Origin: Hemiscyllium ocellatum
Lineage: Eukaryota
Direction: 5' to 3'
Length of the DNA stretch: 64,000 bases
NCBI RefSeq assembly: GCF_020745735.1
Contig: NC_083420.1
Location: forward strand, 53,077,931-53,141,930
This document shows, one piece after another, positions 11,141-25,214 of the stretch. A program made the translations under genes and the position numbers. The notes beneath the pieces were generated by a model. It worked only from the letters and a program-made list of their open reading frames with translations, was not told the DNA's origin and ran no database searches. Each line of letters begins with the position of its first letter. The stretch's first letter is position 1.

Positions 11141-12114
11141 GTATGTACCTGATTACAAATTTTAAATTTCTATTGATGTAGATTCTATAATTGGTATTTT
11201 ACTGGTTATGATTTTTCTGTGAGATAGAAATTGACGTGCAAAATTATTAAAGACAATCTCTGGTAAATGCAATTATATTCACCTTTTGCACTCATTTCCT
11301 CAAAGTTCCCTTCCAAGCACCACTCTGACTTGAAACTGTAATGCCATTGCTTCACAGTAGTTGAGGTCAAAATCCTTGAACTCCCTCCTTGGTAGCACTG
11401 TGAGTGTCCCTGTGTTCCAGGTGAGAGGAAGATATGAGAGGCAATTTTTTTACTCAGAGGATGGTGCATGTATGGAATGAACTTCCTGAGAAAGTTGTGG
11501 GTGTGGCCACAATTACAACGTTTAAAAGACGTTTGGAGCGATAGATTAATAGACAAGGTTTGGAAGGATATGGGCCAGGACCAGGCAAATGGGACTAGTT
11601 TAGTTTGGAATTACGTTCGGCATGGATGAGTTGGGCGGAAGGGTCAGTTTCTGTGCTGTATGACTCTGTGACTCCATAAGACTGCTCACTCATCACCTTA
11701 TCAAGAAACAGTTAGAATGCATGGCAAATGCTGACCTACCAGGCGAGTCCCACATCCTATTAGAGTAAAAACAAAAAGGCCTGCACTTTGATCCTCAAAA
11801 TGTTGGGTCAAGATTGTCTGTGTACCACCTCAATTTTCAGATGCAGGCCTCCAAAATGTCTGCTTTTGACATTTTGAAATCAGATTTTACTGTAGATTCT
11901 CTTGCACTAATTGAGCTACCACTTCTTGCTTTTCCATCTATCGTTTATCTCTTTATCATATTTCTTATTGGCTGTCTTTGTCCATTCCCCTTCTCTCATA
12001 AAATGATTCAGCACAGAAGGAGGCCATTGAATACTTGTACCCTGTCTGGGCATTTGACTTCCAACCCCTATTTACTCTTGGCAGACCTGCAATTCAGATA
12101 GTGTTTGGGTAGAA

Positions 12115-12272
12115 ACCAAAACAGAAATTGCTGGAAAGGCTCAGCAGATCTGGCAGCGTCTGTGGAGAGAAACTAGAGTTATTGTTTCAGGTCCAGTGAT
12201 CTTTCCTCCAGTTCTGATGTTTTCCAGCAATTTCTGTTTTCGTTTCTGGTTTCCAGCATCTGCAGTTCTTTC
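12115..12272. mobile_element. Fold-back PLE-end element
   Basis: Arms AAAACAGAAATTGCTGGAAA / TTTCCAGCAATTTCTGTTTT; 15-bp TSD AGTGTTTGGGTAGAA at 12100-12114 and 12273-12287. Confidence 0.8.
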
Positions 12273-12361
12273 AGTGTTTGGGTAGAATCTGAATGGGGTA
12301 GAGCAGTAAACGGATGTAGTGTAAGGAAAGGGAAGTGATGAAAAGCTTAATAAGAAAGAGG

Positions 12362-13025
12362 AGAGTCATGGAGCTGAACAGCACAGAAACAGACCGTTCA
12401 ATCCAATTCGTTATGCTGACCAGATATCCTAAGTTAATCTAGTCCCATTTGCCAGCATTTGGCCCATATCCCCCTCAACCCTTCCTATTCATAATCCCAT
12501 CCAAATGCCTTTTAAATGCTGTAATTGTACCAGCCTCCACCAATTCCTCTAGCAGCTCATTCCATACATGCACCTCTCTCTAAGTGACAAAGTTGCCTCT
12601 CAAGTCCCTTTTAAACCTTTCTCCTCTCACCTTAAACCTATGCTTTCTAGTTTTGGACACTCGTGCCCTAGGGAAAACACCTTGGCTATTCACCCTACCC
12701 TTGCCTGTCATGATTTTGTAAACCTCTGTAAGGTCACCCCTCAGACCCTGACGCCTCAGGAAAAACAGCCCAGCCTACTTAACCTCTTCCTATAGCTCAA
12801 ATTCTCCAACCCTGGCAACATCCTTTTAAATCGTTTCTGAATCCCTTTCAAGATTCACAACATCCTTCCGACGGGAGGGAGCCCAGAATTGCACACACTA
12901 TTCTAAAAGTAGCCTAACGAATGTCCTGTACATCCGCAACATGACCTCCCAACTCCTGTACTCAATACTCTGACCAATAAAGACAAGCGTACCAAATGCC
13001 GTCTTCACTATCCTATCTACCTGCA
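12362..13025 (-). mobile_element. CR1 3' fragment (NDUFB10 intron 2)
   Basis: Reverse complement of the same 3' end as the 54070-58570 element. Confidence 0.8.
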
Positions 13026-14083
13026 ACCCTTTAAGTCTGTCCTATTATTCATAACATCATGTCTGATCTATCCCAGACATTAACTCCTATTCCATGCTAG
13101 TTCCTCATAACCCTCAACTCCTTGATCTTTCAAAAACTATTGACTTGCTCTTTTAAATATTCTGTGATGTAACCTCCAGAACCCTCTAATTGGCCTATGT
13201 GTACTGCATTCTATCTGTCTTCCTTCTTGAACAGAAATGACGCATTAGTCATTTTCCATTGGACTTGAACCCTCCTGTGATCCTGAGAGTCCTGGAATAT
13301 TTTGGCCAATGTCTCCAGTTTCTCTGCAGCCAGTTCCTTTGGATGTGGGCCATCAGGTCCTGGTGGTCAGCATCACACTGGTTTTCTTTCCAGTTGCACA
13401 GACCTGTGAGGTTCAGGTGCTGCAGTGACTCCTCAGTTGGAAGTCAATACCATGATCAGGATTGGTACACCCATTGTCATGTGCAGAACGTCGAACTGGC
13501 TGCATGCAAGCACAGCCCTGCAGCTTAGAGGGAACAATGCTGACATCATTAGTCCCGTTAATTTGTCAAATACCTTGCCTTTGATAGAGACTGTTACAAG
13601 ATCTTTCCTAACATTAGCACCTTTCTTATCAGTTATCTTTATAATATTTATATGCTTTTTGCCATGAATACCAATGCAAAATGTTGTTCTAAATGATCCA
13701 CCATTTCCTTATTCTGTTTTTAATTCCCTGCTTTCAACCTCCACCAGTCCCATGCTTGCTTCAGCTTTTATTTATCCGTTGTAATATCGTTGTTGCAGCA
13801 TTTATTACCCATCCCTAATTGCCTTTGGAAAGGTGGTGGTGAACTGCCTCCTTGAATTGCTGCATTTCACGTACTGCAGGCTGGCCCTCCGTGTACTTGA
13901 GGAGGAAATTTCAAGGATTTTGACCCAGCAAAGGAACAGTGATACATTTGCACAAAAGGGTGGTGAGCAGCTTGGAGGGGATCTTGCAGGTTGTGGCATT
14001 CCAGTGTAACTACTGTCCTTGACCTTCTAAATGGTGGAGGTTGTGTGTTTGGAAGGTGTTAGCCAAGAAACCTTGAAGAATTT

Positions 14084-14279
14084 TGTTAAAAATCACACAT
14101 CACCAGTTATAGTCCAACACATTTATTTGGGAGCACTGCTCCTTCATCAGGTTCACAACCACCTGACAAAGGAGCAGCACTCCGAAAGCTAGTGCTTCCA
14201 AATAAATGTGTTGGACTATAACTTGGTATTGTGATTTTTAAACTTTGTACAGCCCAGTCCGATATCTGCACCTTCAAAT
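14084..14279. mobile_element. 196-bp fold-back PLE-end element (same family as 4810-7502)
   Basis: Inverted arms with decayed hammerheads; TSD CTTGAAGAATTT at 14072-14083 and 14280-14291. Confidence 0.85.
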
Positions 14280-14629
14280 CTTGAAGAATTTCTGCAATGC
14301 ATCTTATAGGTATTGCCATACTGCTGCCACTAAATATCAGTGGTTAAGGTGGCAAAATACATCAAGATTAGAACTGAGACAATATGCATTTCTGGAACGG
14401 CTGAACAGGCCGAGACTTTTTTTCTTTCTGTAGACAAGAGAATGCAGTGGAATGACCTGATCGAAGTTCTGTCAGTTTTCTGAAGGTTGTAGTAGATTTC
14501 ACTCATTTGACAGAAGCTTATTTTCCAGTATTTGCCAAGACTGAAATCTCTGAATCAGCAGATCTTTTGCTGTCAAACAGCAGTACTTCTGTTTTACTGG
14601 TTTGAGTAAACTTGCACTTTGTTTTGCAG

Positions 14630-14769
14630 CAAGGTTGATCAGGAAATTATGAAAATTCTTCAGGAGCGTCTGAGGGCCTGTCAGCAGAGGGAAGGGCACA
14701 GCTACGTACAGAATTGTGCTAAGGAGCTCGAACAATTCAAGCAGGGAGCAAAAGGCTACCAATCAAGAT
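14630..14769 (+). CDS. NDUFB10: NDUFB10 exon 3
   Basis: Acceptor TTTTGCAG; (Y)[36 protein letters not shown]; donor T|GTAAGT; 140 nt. Confidence 0.96.
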
Positions 14770-14884
14770 GTAAGTCATATTTGCAGACTAATGATTTGTG
14801 TAATGTTATGATCAGTTTAATGTGTAGTTTAAAGAAAATTGAACTGCATCTTATCTAACAACTCCTTTTTTAAGCATTTGTTAA

Positions 14885-15185
14885 GCACTCTTGCATCAGA
14901 GTCTGAATGTTCTGGCTTCCAGCTCAAATTATGCACAATAATCACGTCTGACACTTCAGTGCAATATTGAGGGAGTGTTGCATATTCAGAAATTCGGTCT
15001 TCAGGGTAAGTTATAAAATTGAACCCCATCTTCCTCCTCCATCCAAATAAATGCATCAGAAAGGAGAAGTTCTGTCTTGCGTTCAGGGGATTTACTGCTC
15101 AAATTACATCACAAAAACATGATCTAGTCATTATCCGAGTACTGCATGTGGAGCCTGTTGTGCAAGCTACCTGCTATTATCCTTC
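14885..15185 (+). mobile_element. Ancient Deu-domain SINE (SacSINE1/AmnSINE1-like) in NDUFB10 intron 3
   Basis: CTGACACTTCAGTGCAATATTGAGGGAGTGTTGCA...; matches the recalled Deu core; related pieces at 620-700, 2375-2560 and 23540-23740 (-). Confidence 0.6.
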
Positions 15186-15333
15186 ATAAGGCAGATAAAT
15201 GTTGTATTTCTTAATAAGGACATCTTTCGATGAACAAAAATATGGGATGCGGTTGTGTTTGCATAAAATCACATTGAGGTGGATGAACCTTGCTGTTGAT
15301 TTGCAGTTTAATTTACTACTATTCTTTTTGCAG

Positions 15334-15437
15334 ATGGTGACCTGGGAGCTTATGCTAGTAGCAGAAAGTGTCTAATGAAACAGAAACATCGAATGATTGA
15401 GGAGAAGGAGAGGGAGCAGGCAGCATCTGAAGCATGA
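15334..15437 (+). CDS. NDUFB10: NDUFB10 exon 4 (stop TGA); total CDS 531 nt = 176 aa
   Basis: Acceptor TTTTTGCAG; (Y)GDLGAYASSRKCLMKQKHRMIEEKEREQAASEA*; candidate polyA signal ATTAAA at 15636-15641. Confidence 0.95.
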
Positions 15438-16401
15438 ACAGGTCCCACCAGAAAGTGATGTTCTTTCAAAATTACTTTTATGACAAACTGTCATCTATAA
15501 TGTATAGTCTGAATGTGTTCAAATTGTTAAAAATGCTATATTTCACAGGAATGTAACTCCAGCATATGGACCCTTATAAAATAACATGCCATAACTTATC
15601 TGTTTTGTCCTTAAGATTCTCTTACAACATTGTTAATTAAAAACCTTGCTGACTTGGTCTCTGAAATGGCTCAGCAAGCCATTTCAAGAGCAATGAGGGT
15701 GGGAATCAAAAGTCGTCCTTTTCAGTAAGAATGAAGAAAACACCAAGGGGAAACAAGATACCACACCACATCAAATGCTGGAATTCATGACAATACTGGT
15801 CATATTCAACAACATAAAACATCAGTCTGTCATAGTTGGGTAAGCTTTTCTGTGGAGCTATCCAATTAGTTCCACTCTCCGTTGTCCTTCAGATTGTATT
15901 TTTCAGAATTGAACTGTTGCCTCCTTTTCACACAGTGCAAAACTAGTGTTGCTGCCAGTTCTTTTGCTAATTGTAGATTTAAGGCAATCAGAATCCCGAG
16001 TGTAGTTAGACGACATTTGGCCCTTCAAGTCTGCACTGACCTACCGCATAGTACCTCTGCTGCCCCCAACCTTTTAACACTGCATTTACCTTGGCTACTC
16101 CATCTAGCCTGCACATTACAGGGAAATTCAACATAGCTTGGCTAATTCAATGCATTCTGCCTTCAAAGCTGTATTCAAGTGCCAAGTGAGAGGTATTTGA
16201 ATAGGTGCATGAAGAGGAAAGGTTGGGAGGGATATGGGCCAGAAGCAGGCAGGTGGGACAAGTTTGTTTTGGGATTATGTTCGGCATGGACCGGTTGGAC
16301 CAAAGGGTCCATTTCCATGCCCTATGATTCTGTAATAGTTCTCTTAATACTAACTCGAGGGCAACACGACTGAGCAACCATTTAGAAAAGCAACAAAAAT
16401 A

Positions 16402-16505
16402 CAAGTTGCTGAAAAAGTCAGCAGGTCTGGCAGCATCTGTGCAGAGAAGTCAGAGTTAACATTCCAGGTCTAGTGACCCTTCCTCTGCGAAAGGTTCACT
16501 GGATC
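16402..16505. mobile_element. Short fold-back PLE end between the NDUFB10 and RPS2 3' ends
   Basis: GTGACCCTT / AAGGTTCAC inversion; CAAAAATA flanking repeat. Confidence 0.5.
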
Positions 16506-16606
16506 CAAAAATAGCCCCTCACCAGCATCCCAACCGAACCCAAAACAACAATCACAATAAACAAGATTATGCAACAGATTTTTATTTCATTCTTTGCATA
16601 AATGCT

Positions 16607-16687
16607 TTATGTTGCTGGAGCAACAGCTGACTGGGACCTCTGAACAGACACACGGGTGTGGGTCTTGGCCAGATGATCAGTGAATTC
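16607..16687 (-). CDS. RPS2: RPS2 exon 8 (stop TAA); total CDS 840 nt = 279 aa
   Basis: EFTDHLAKTHTRVSVQRSQSAVAPAT*; AATAAA on the minus strand at 16581-16586. Confidence 0.96.
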   Translation of the reverse strand, partial: EFTDHLAKTHTRVSVQRSQSAVAPAT

Positions 16688-17846
16688 CTAAAAGGAAATA
16701 AGGAAAAAGAACTTTAGAACAAGTTTTGAAATATAAAATGCATACTTTAAACATTGGGTAACAGGTCAATGGCATATTATCTCGGTTAGAGATTCTCAAC
16801 CTGGAAATCTAACCCCCTTACAACATCAACCAAAATAAAACAATTAGAAAAAGTGAACCAATTGAACAAGCTTCAAGTACAAGCATCTGAAGTAGAATAG
16901 TGTCTAGACTCCTCTTCAGCACAGCTGATTGGCTAGCTTCCAGCTCAGTTCTAAGTGGCTTTGGACTTTCATTGAGGAGCTGCTGGAGCAATAGAGTGGC
17001 CACAGCACACCCAGTCTTAGTGAGAAGTCTTTATTCAGATCGCAGGAAAATGGGAAGGAGGTTCAAAAATAATGGAAAATCAAGCAAACTTTGAATTCTA
17101 TTGTCAAGGTTTTTAAGTTGGAGAAACAAAAATACACTTTTTCCTGAAGGTAAATATATTTCAGGTCAGGTCAGTTCAACTCACTGAAACATTAGTCAAC
17201 AAATGATCAATTTATCTATCAAACTGCATGCCGGTGTGTCCACACAGCAGTCAAGAAGGGGCTGTGGTGGCACAATGACAAAAATGGCCATTCACAAAAG
17301 TGAAATTTACAGAGAAGATTGTAGATGATAAACCTGTGAATGTCTCAGAATGTAAGTGGATTGTTTTTGTGTTTGTGTGAAACAAATGTTTCTCCCAATC
17401 AGCACACAGTATCATGAATGCATCAACAACCTCATTTCCCTCACATCACAAACTTTGACAAAATCACTGTACAGATAACCAAAGGGTTGTTTGTAGTGTT
17501 TTTGGACATGGGGGCAGTTAACACAAGCATGATGGGAAAGACTATTCTAGAGCTCAGAACATAAGCCACTTATTTTCACCAGCAGTGATGCAATGAAAAT
17601 ATACAGAAATGGTCTAAAGCAACCACCGGAGTGTTTTCAAAATGAGTTCCAGTAACAAGATTCACTCTAGAAAAATAATGGTGCCTGGAATCCTATGAAA
17701 GTCTCCATAAAAAGCAAAGGTATCAGAGGATTCCAATGAAATTAAGCTAAGTAGTTACTCAGTAAAAGTTAGACAATACAGTTAACAACCCCCCATATCC
17801 CCTTGTATCCATCTGGGACCCTAACCTCCCAGTACTTTTAAGATCA

Positions 17847-19863
17847 GTCAGGCATGGTGTAAAGGGCCTTGTGAGGCAGCCGTGGTTTAGTAAGGAATTG
17901 GAGTCCCTTGTGAAAGGGAAGAAGGCGGCATATGTAAAGATGAGGCGTGAAGGTTCAGTTGGGGCGATTGAGAGTTATAAGGTAGCCAGGAAGGAGCTAA
18001 AGAGGGAGCTAAGAGAAGCGAGAAGGGGACATGAAAAGTCTTTAGCTGGTAGGATTAGGGAAAACCCAAAGGCTTTCTATAGGTATGTCAAGAATAAAAG
18101 GATGACTAGGGTAGGTATCGGTCCAGTCAAGGATAGTAGTGGGAAGTTGTGTGTGGAGGCGGAGGAGATTGGAGAGACATTAAATCAGTACTTTTCATCA
18201 GTATTCACTCAGGAACAGGACACTGTTGCTGATGTGAATATGGAATCACAAATAATTAGAATGGATGCCCTGGAAATATGCAGGGAAGAGGTTTTGGGAA
18301 TATTGGAAAGGATGAATATAGATAAGTCTCCTGGGCCTGATGGCATTTACCCCAGGATCCTATGGGAAGCTAGGGAGGAGATAGCAGAGCCATTGGCCTG
18401 GATTTTTATGTCGTCATTGTCAACGGGAATAGTACCAGAGGACTGGAGGATAGCGAATGTGGTCCCATTGTTCAAGAAAGGGAGTAGGGATAGCCCTAGT
18501 AACTATAGGCCAGTGAGTCTGACTTCAGTGGTGGGCAAAGTCTTAGAGAGAATGGTAAGGGATAAGATTTATGAACATCTGGGTAGGAATAACGTGATCA
18601 GGGATAGCCAGCATGGTTTTGTGAAGGGCAGGTCGTGCCTCACAAACCTTATTGAGTTCTTTGAGAAGGTGACTAAGGAAGTGGATGAGGGTAAAGCAGT
18701 AGATGTTGTGTATATGGATTTTAGTAAGGCGTTCGATAAGGTTCCCCATGGTAGGCTAATGCTAAAACTTCGGAGGTATGGCATTGAGGATACATTAGAG
18801 GTTTGGATTAGGAATTGGCTGGCTGGAAGGAGACAGAGGGTAGTAGTTGATGGATTATGTTCATCTTGGAGCGCAGTTACTAGCGGTGTACCACAAGGAT
18901 CTGTTTTGGGACCATTGCTTTTTGTTATCTTTATAAATGATCTAGAGGAAGGACTTGAAAGCTGGGTAAGCAAGTTTGCGGATGACACAAGTCGGTGGAG
19001 TTGTGGATAGTGAGGAAGGAAGTGGTAGGTTACAGCGGGATATAGATAAGTTGCAGAGCTGGGCAGAAATGTGGCAAATGGAATTCAATGTAGCTAAGTG
19101 CGAAGTCGTTCACTTTGGTAGGAATAACAAGATGATGGATTACTGGGCTAATGGTAGGCTACTTGGTAGTGTGGATGAGCAGAGGGATCTTGGTGTCTAT
19201 GTACACAGATCTCTGAAAGTTGCCACCCAGGTAAATAGTGCTGTGAGGAAGGCATATGGTGTACTGGGCTTTATTGGCAGAGGAATTGAGTTCCGGAGTC
19301 CTGAGGTCATGTTGCAGTTGTATAAGACTCTGGTGAGGCCTCATCTGGAGTATTGTGTGCAGTTTTGGTCGCCATACTATAGGAAGGATGTGGAAGCTTT
19401 AGAACGAGTGCAGAGGAGGTTTACCAGGATGTTGCCTGGAATGGTAGGAAAATCTTATGAGGAAAGGCTGAGGCACTTGGGGCTGTTCTCATTGGAGAAG
19501 AGGAGGTTTAGGGGAGATCTGATAGAAGTGTATAAGATGATTAGGGGTTTAGATAGGGTAGATACTAAGAACCTCTTACCGCTAATGGAGTCAGGTGTTA
19601 CTAGGGGACATAGCTTTAAATTAAGGGGTGGTAGGTATAGGACAGATGTTAGGGGTAGATTCTTCACACAGCGGGTTGTGAGTTCATGGAATGCCCTGCC
19701 CGTATCAGTGGTGAACTCTCCTTCTTTATGGTCATTTAAGCGGGCATTGGATAGGCATTTGGAAGTTATTGGGCTAGTATAGGTTAGGTAGGATTCGGTC
19801 GGCGCAACATCGAGGGCCGAAGGGCCTGTACTGCGCTGTATCCTTCTATGTTCTATGTTCTAT
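17847..19863 (+). mobile_element. Young 5'-truncated CR1-clade LINE, antisense within RPS2 intron 7
   Basis: ORF2 of 379 + 268 aa split by a single frameshift at ~18990 (KFADDT); (TTCTATG)n tail at 19844-19863. Confidence 0.95.
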
Positions 19864-20335
19864 CACAATTACCTTAAGTACTCACTCCCAATAGAAGCTG
19901 TCAAAATGGCTCTCTGTGCCTTCAAATTCAGATACACATCCGACTGTTGTGAAAAGGGGGCCGTGATTTTCCTCTCTCTGACAGTTTTGTGCCAGATTAA
20001 GAATGTCAAGAGTTGAAGTATGGCTCTTTTGTTAGGGAGCCCTTTTCAGAATCTCCCTCTTTTTGTAAAGAAAGGGCCAGAAGTAGCAACTTTAAGATTG
20101 CCATTAACCGGAAATCTGGCCCAGTACAGTTAAGTGGCTACCTAACTTCAAAATTGGTGGGTAGATTTTTCCCTAAAACAGGACAGAAAACATTGTGCCT
20201 CAGAAGCCAAAAAGGTTGAGAGCTCCAGACACAGGTGATATGGTGTAACAGTTGAGATAACATAAAAGCAAAGAATTGTGCCAAATTTCTAAATCACATC
20301 ATATTTCCAAGAAAACACAATTAATTTAGCTTTCA

Positions 20336-20476
<141 letters not shown>

Positions 20477-20501
20477 TTACTTTACAAAATGAAATTTCCA
20501 A

Positions 20502-20925
<424 letters not shown>

Positions 20926-21212
20926 TTAGTTCTCCACAAATAAAAGTGATGAAAATCTTTCTCTGACTTAAAACGACAAGACACTGTATAAGACTGGCTG
21001 TTCAAACTTCAAGCAATTCCCATCAGTGCAGAACCAAATATCACACAAACCGTAATAGTACTTTCACTGACATGTAAATCTTCCTAGGATTGGGTAACTC
21101 GTGCACATCAATATGCTGATGCAGCCGAAATGATTATGCAGTACTGGCTGTAGTTAATACTCTTTCTAAGGGTCAGCACTAAAATTAAATCTCCTTTAAC
21201 TGAAACCAATTA

Positions 21213-21407
<195 letters not shown>

Positions 21408-21445
21408 CTAAAACGTTTGAAGAATAACATTAGAACTCCATATTA

Positions 21446-21619
<174 letters not shown>

Positions 21620-21696
21620 CTACAATAAAGAAAATGTGTATACAAGTCCACTGTTGAGTAGATTCTAGAAACTGATTGATCCACTCAATCTAATTA

Positions 21697-21831
<135 letters not shown>

Positions 21832-21915
21832 TCAGGACTTGTACCAAAATAATTCATTTTGTGGTTCTAATAATGCAAAACCTATTAGAAGAAGAAATGG
21901 TAATGTGCACCTTAC

Positions 21916-22050
21916 CTCCTTATCTTCAGCCTTTCCACCACGGGCACCACGACCCCTGCCACGTCCCCGCCCGCGGCCTCGGCCCCGCCCACGGCCACCA
22001 GAGCCGAAGCCACCGCGGAAGCCTCCTCTACCACCGGCGTCGTCCGCCAT
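21916..22050 (-). CDS. RPS2: 40S ribosomal protein S2 (uS5), exon 2 coding part
   Basis: TAG|CAA ATG; [25 protein letters not shown]...GKAEDKE, the RG-rich N-terminus; donor GTAAGG. Confidence 0.97.
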
Positions 22051-22438
22051 TTGCTACAAATATAAAATCAAAACCTTACGTCACAATACACACATTTTCG
22101 GAAGCTGACTCAGTTGCTGTGCAAATTACATTGTGCTGCTTCCAAGGCGCAGGGACCAAGGAAAGCTGCACTTGCACAATAACATTTAAATAATTCTTTT
22201 CCAACTTTACTAGTGTAAACTACAGCCAGTCATGTTTTGTATTAATGGAGGACAATCATCTTGCCAAAGGAAATAACCTTTTCTTTGGACCATCTCAATC
22301 TAGGAAACTTCATTTCCTCTAAATGTGTTCTGTCTGAAAGGGTGGTGAAAACATATCCAAAACTAATTTTCACTGGGAAATTAGATGCTCAAAAGGAAAT
22401 GCTGCAGAGGAAGGGAAGCAATGTGCAAGGGCCAAAGG

Positions 22439-23040
22439 ACATAAGAACTAGGAGCAGGAGTACACCATCTGTCCCTTCAAGCCTGCTCCGCCATTCAGTA
22501 AGATCATGGCTATATTTTTGTGGCCTCAGCTCTCCTTACCTGCCCTCTCAGTATAATCCTTAATTCCTTTACTGTTCAAAACAAAAATCTATCTTAGCTT
22601 TAAAAATATTTACTGAAGTAGTACTTCACTGGACAGGGAATGCCACAGATTCACAAGCCTCTGGTTGAAGAACTTCCTACTCAATGCAGTTCTAAATCCG
22701 CTCCCCCTAATTTTGAGGCAATGCCCTCTTGTCCTAGTTTCACCCACCAGTGGCAACATCTTCTCTACCCTCTATCCTATCTACTCCCCCCACTGTAATT
22801 TTCTGATTAGAATTCAGAAAAATGAAGGGGAATCTTATGAATATAACCCCAGTCTACTTCGTCTCTCTTCATAAGCCAACCCCCTCAACTCCGAATCAAC
22901 CTAGTGAACCTCTTCTACAGCCCCTCGAGTGCCAGTACATTGTTTCTCAACTAAGGAGACCAAAGCTGCATGCAGAACTCCAGGTGTGGCCTCAACAGCA
23001 TCCTGTACAGCTGCAATATGACCTTCCTGCTTTTAAATTC
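22439..23040 (-). mobile_element. CR1-like 3' fragment (RPS2 intron 1)
   Basis: ATAAGAACTAGGAGCAGGAG tail and reverse-complement RT C-terminus. Confidence 0.75.
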
Positions 23041-23169
23041 AAAGATTCAATGAATTCATGCTTTGCACTGATCATTCCACTCAGCTTTACTTGATAACTC
23101 CGCAATTTATATACTCCCTTTCACAATATTCCAAAATTTACTACCAGTAAACTTGTTAAATTTTAGTCA

Positions 23170-23330
23170 CGTTTCAGGTAAAAGCCCAGCATCGGGGACA
23201 TTCCTGATGAAGGGCTTTTGACCAAAACTTCAATTTTCCTGCTCCTTGGATGCTGCCTGACCTGCTGTGCTTTTCCAGGGCCACACTCTTGACTCTGGTC
23301 TCCAGCACCTACAGCCCTCACTTTCACCTA
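23170..23330. mobile_element. Fold-back PLE-end element in RPS2 intron 1
   Basis: Head-to-head decayed hammerheads (CTGATGAAGGGCTTTTGACC and its inverse); 15-bp TSD GTTAAATTTTAGTCA at 23155-23169 and 23331-23345. Confidence 0.8.
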
Positions 23331-24034
23331 GTTAAATTTTAGTCAGTTTTAATCAGGAAATGCAGCAATTTGTAAAGCCAGTGATGAGGTAATGATGGTA
23401 CAAACTCTTGCATTGCTGGTTAAAGAGATAAATAAAGGTAAAGTCGCTATAGTCCTACCAGACAATACAGCTGTTCTTCATTAGAGTGGTGGTTTAACCA
23501 GAGGTTCACCACACCTCAGACGAGGAGAGTAGTCCTTCACGGTAACCTCAGGAATAAATATTGGTCAGACAGTGGCAAGGTCAACCCATTCTTTTGCAGG
23601 GTGAAGCCATGAAATTCACTGTGGAAGCTGTAAGGCCTCAATTCAATCTCATCTGGGAAGAGCATCTCATATGATGAACATACTGACTTGGGATAGGACT
23701 TCTGAATTCAGGTCCCTGAGGCAAGACCACTACCACAGAGAAACCTACAACTCTTATGTATCTGTAAACCACCACTCTGCTGAGTATAAGATATCTTTTT
23801 ATTTTTGCTCTCTACATACTGAAAAACCAAACTCTTTGACAGACGTTAAAGCAGGTCAGACAAACAGCAGTCAATGGCATGATGAGACTATTCTTGGACT
23901 GAGTTTCTGTAATCTAGGATTCGTGATCCTGACTGAATTTATCATCTTTCAAACATGTTGTAGAGGGAGGATTGCAGTTCCAGAATTAATGTTCTTGCAG
24001 GTTGCAGTATTTCCTCCAATACCACTTATACATC

Positions 24035-24530
24035 AAGAGTATTGTACAGAGTTTTGGGTGCCATACCTCAAGAAGGATGTATTGGCCCTACAGCGTGTTC
24101 AGAGGACATTCACAAGAATGGTGTCAGTCAATGAAAAGCTTAGCACGAGAAACGTTTTGAGGTCGTTTGATCTTTGGTGGTTTAGAAGGATTGTGGGGGG
24201 GGGGAATCTAATTGAAACATACTGAATGGCCTGGATAGAGTAGATGTTGAGAAGATATTTCCATTGGTCAGAGAGACTAGCACCTAAACAGAGTTAAGGT
24301 GAAACTTCAACCAGGGAGCAGAGAATCTATGGAATTCACTGCCACTGAAAGCTGTGGAGACCAGGTCATTGTGTATATTTAAGACTGAGATAGATAGGTT
24401 CTTGTGTGTCAAGGGTTACTGGGAGAAAGCAGGAAGACAGACTTGAGAAATCTAATCAGCCATGACTGAATGGCGAAGCAGGCTCAATGGGCTGAATGGC
24501 CTGATTTCTGCTCCTGTGTGTTACGGTCTG
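24035..24530 (+). mobile_element. CR1-like 3' fragment
   Basis: EYCTEFWVPYLKKDVLALQRVQRTFTRMV. Confidence 0.75.
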
Positions 24531-24890
24531 CCTCCTGCAGCGCCCCAGAGCCCGACTCCGTGAGAGTGACCGAGCATCAATGGTAGAACACCCCCCGCCC
24601 AACACCTTCATCCCACTCTGTACCAGACAGGTGAACCTTACCGTGAGGATTCACTCACTACAATCCGGCTCCACCCGAGTAAGTGTGGCCGGGCCGCGGA
24701 GCCACCAGAACACCACCCCCTCAAAACCTGCTCATATTATGAACTCTTTTTACATTAAATGAAGACAATATCCGCATGAACCACTTTATAAGGATCAGGT
24801 AGGTGCTCGGCCGTCTCTGCCGGAGCTGCTGTGAAGAGGATGGCTGAGATATTTAACCGATTGCGGAAATGCCAAACGGCCATTACTTAC

Positions 24891-24912
24891 GTGATAATTC
24901 TCAAAAAGAAGG
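24891..24912 (-). other. RPS2: RPS2 non-coding exon 1 (5'TOP)
   Basis: Minus strand CCTTCTTTTTGAGAATTATCAC|GTAAGT: polypyrimidine start followed by a perfect donor; TSS approximate. Confidence 0.85.
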
Positions 24913-25180
24913 CCGAAGGCGTTCTGCGCAGGCCTTTTAAAGACTCCGGGATCTCGCGATAGGATGTGAGGCGACCCCGGACTGAGTATATATCATAATG
25001 TTAACGTTCAGGCAGCGCTTTCTTGTCTGTTATTCAGATTAAGGGCTTAGCGGCCGGCTTTGGAGCCCCGAACCGAGTATATACAATTACTTTGACCATT
25101 GAGAAGCAGCTTGTTGATTGTATTAATTCAGGTTCAGGGTTGAACAGTTCGCTTTTATAAAAGCCACCGTTGCCGGCCTT
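24913..25180. promoter_or_regulatory. Bidirectional promoter between RPS2 and the SNHG9-like gene
   Basis: TGCGCA (NRF1-like) at ~24925; TTTAAAA ~25 nt upstream of the RPS2 TOP; ATCTCGCGAT palindrome at 24951-24960; palindromic GCTTTTATAAAAGC at 25151-25164. Confidence 0.7.
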
Positions 25181-25214
25181 CCCGCGGCACAGGAAGAGTG
25201 TGGGACTATGTGAG
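25177..25214 (+). ncRNA. SNHG9-like snoRNA host gene, putative exon 1
   Basis: TATAAAA at 25156, pyrimidine start CCTTCCC, donor GAG|GTATGT at 25215; divergent from RPS2 and upstream of a SNORA78-type snoRNA. Confidence 0.6.

Noticed and set aside
20072-20122. Hairpin GGGCCAGA...TCTGGCCC in RPS2 intron 7
   Set aside because: Single short hairpin with no H box or second hairpin; probably a repeat remnant
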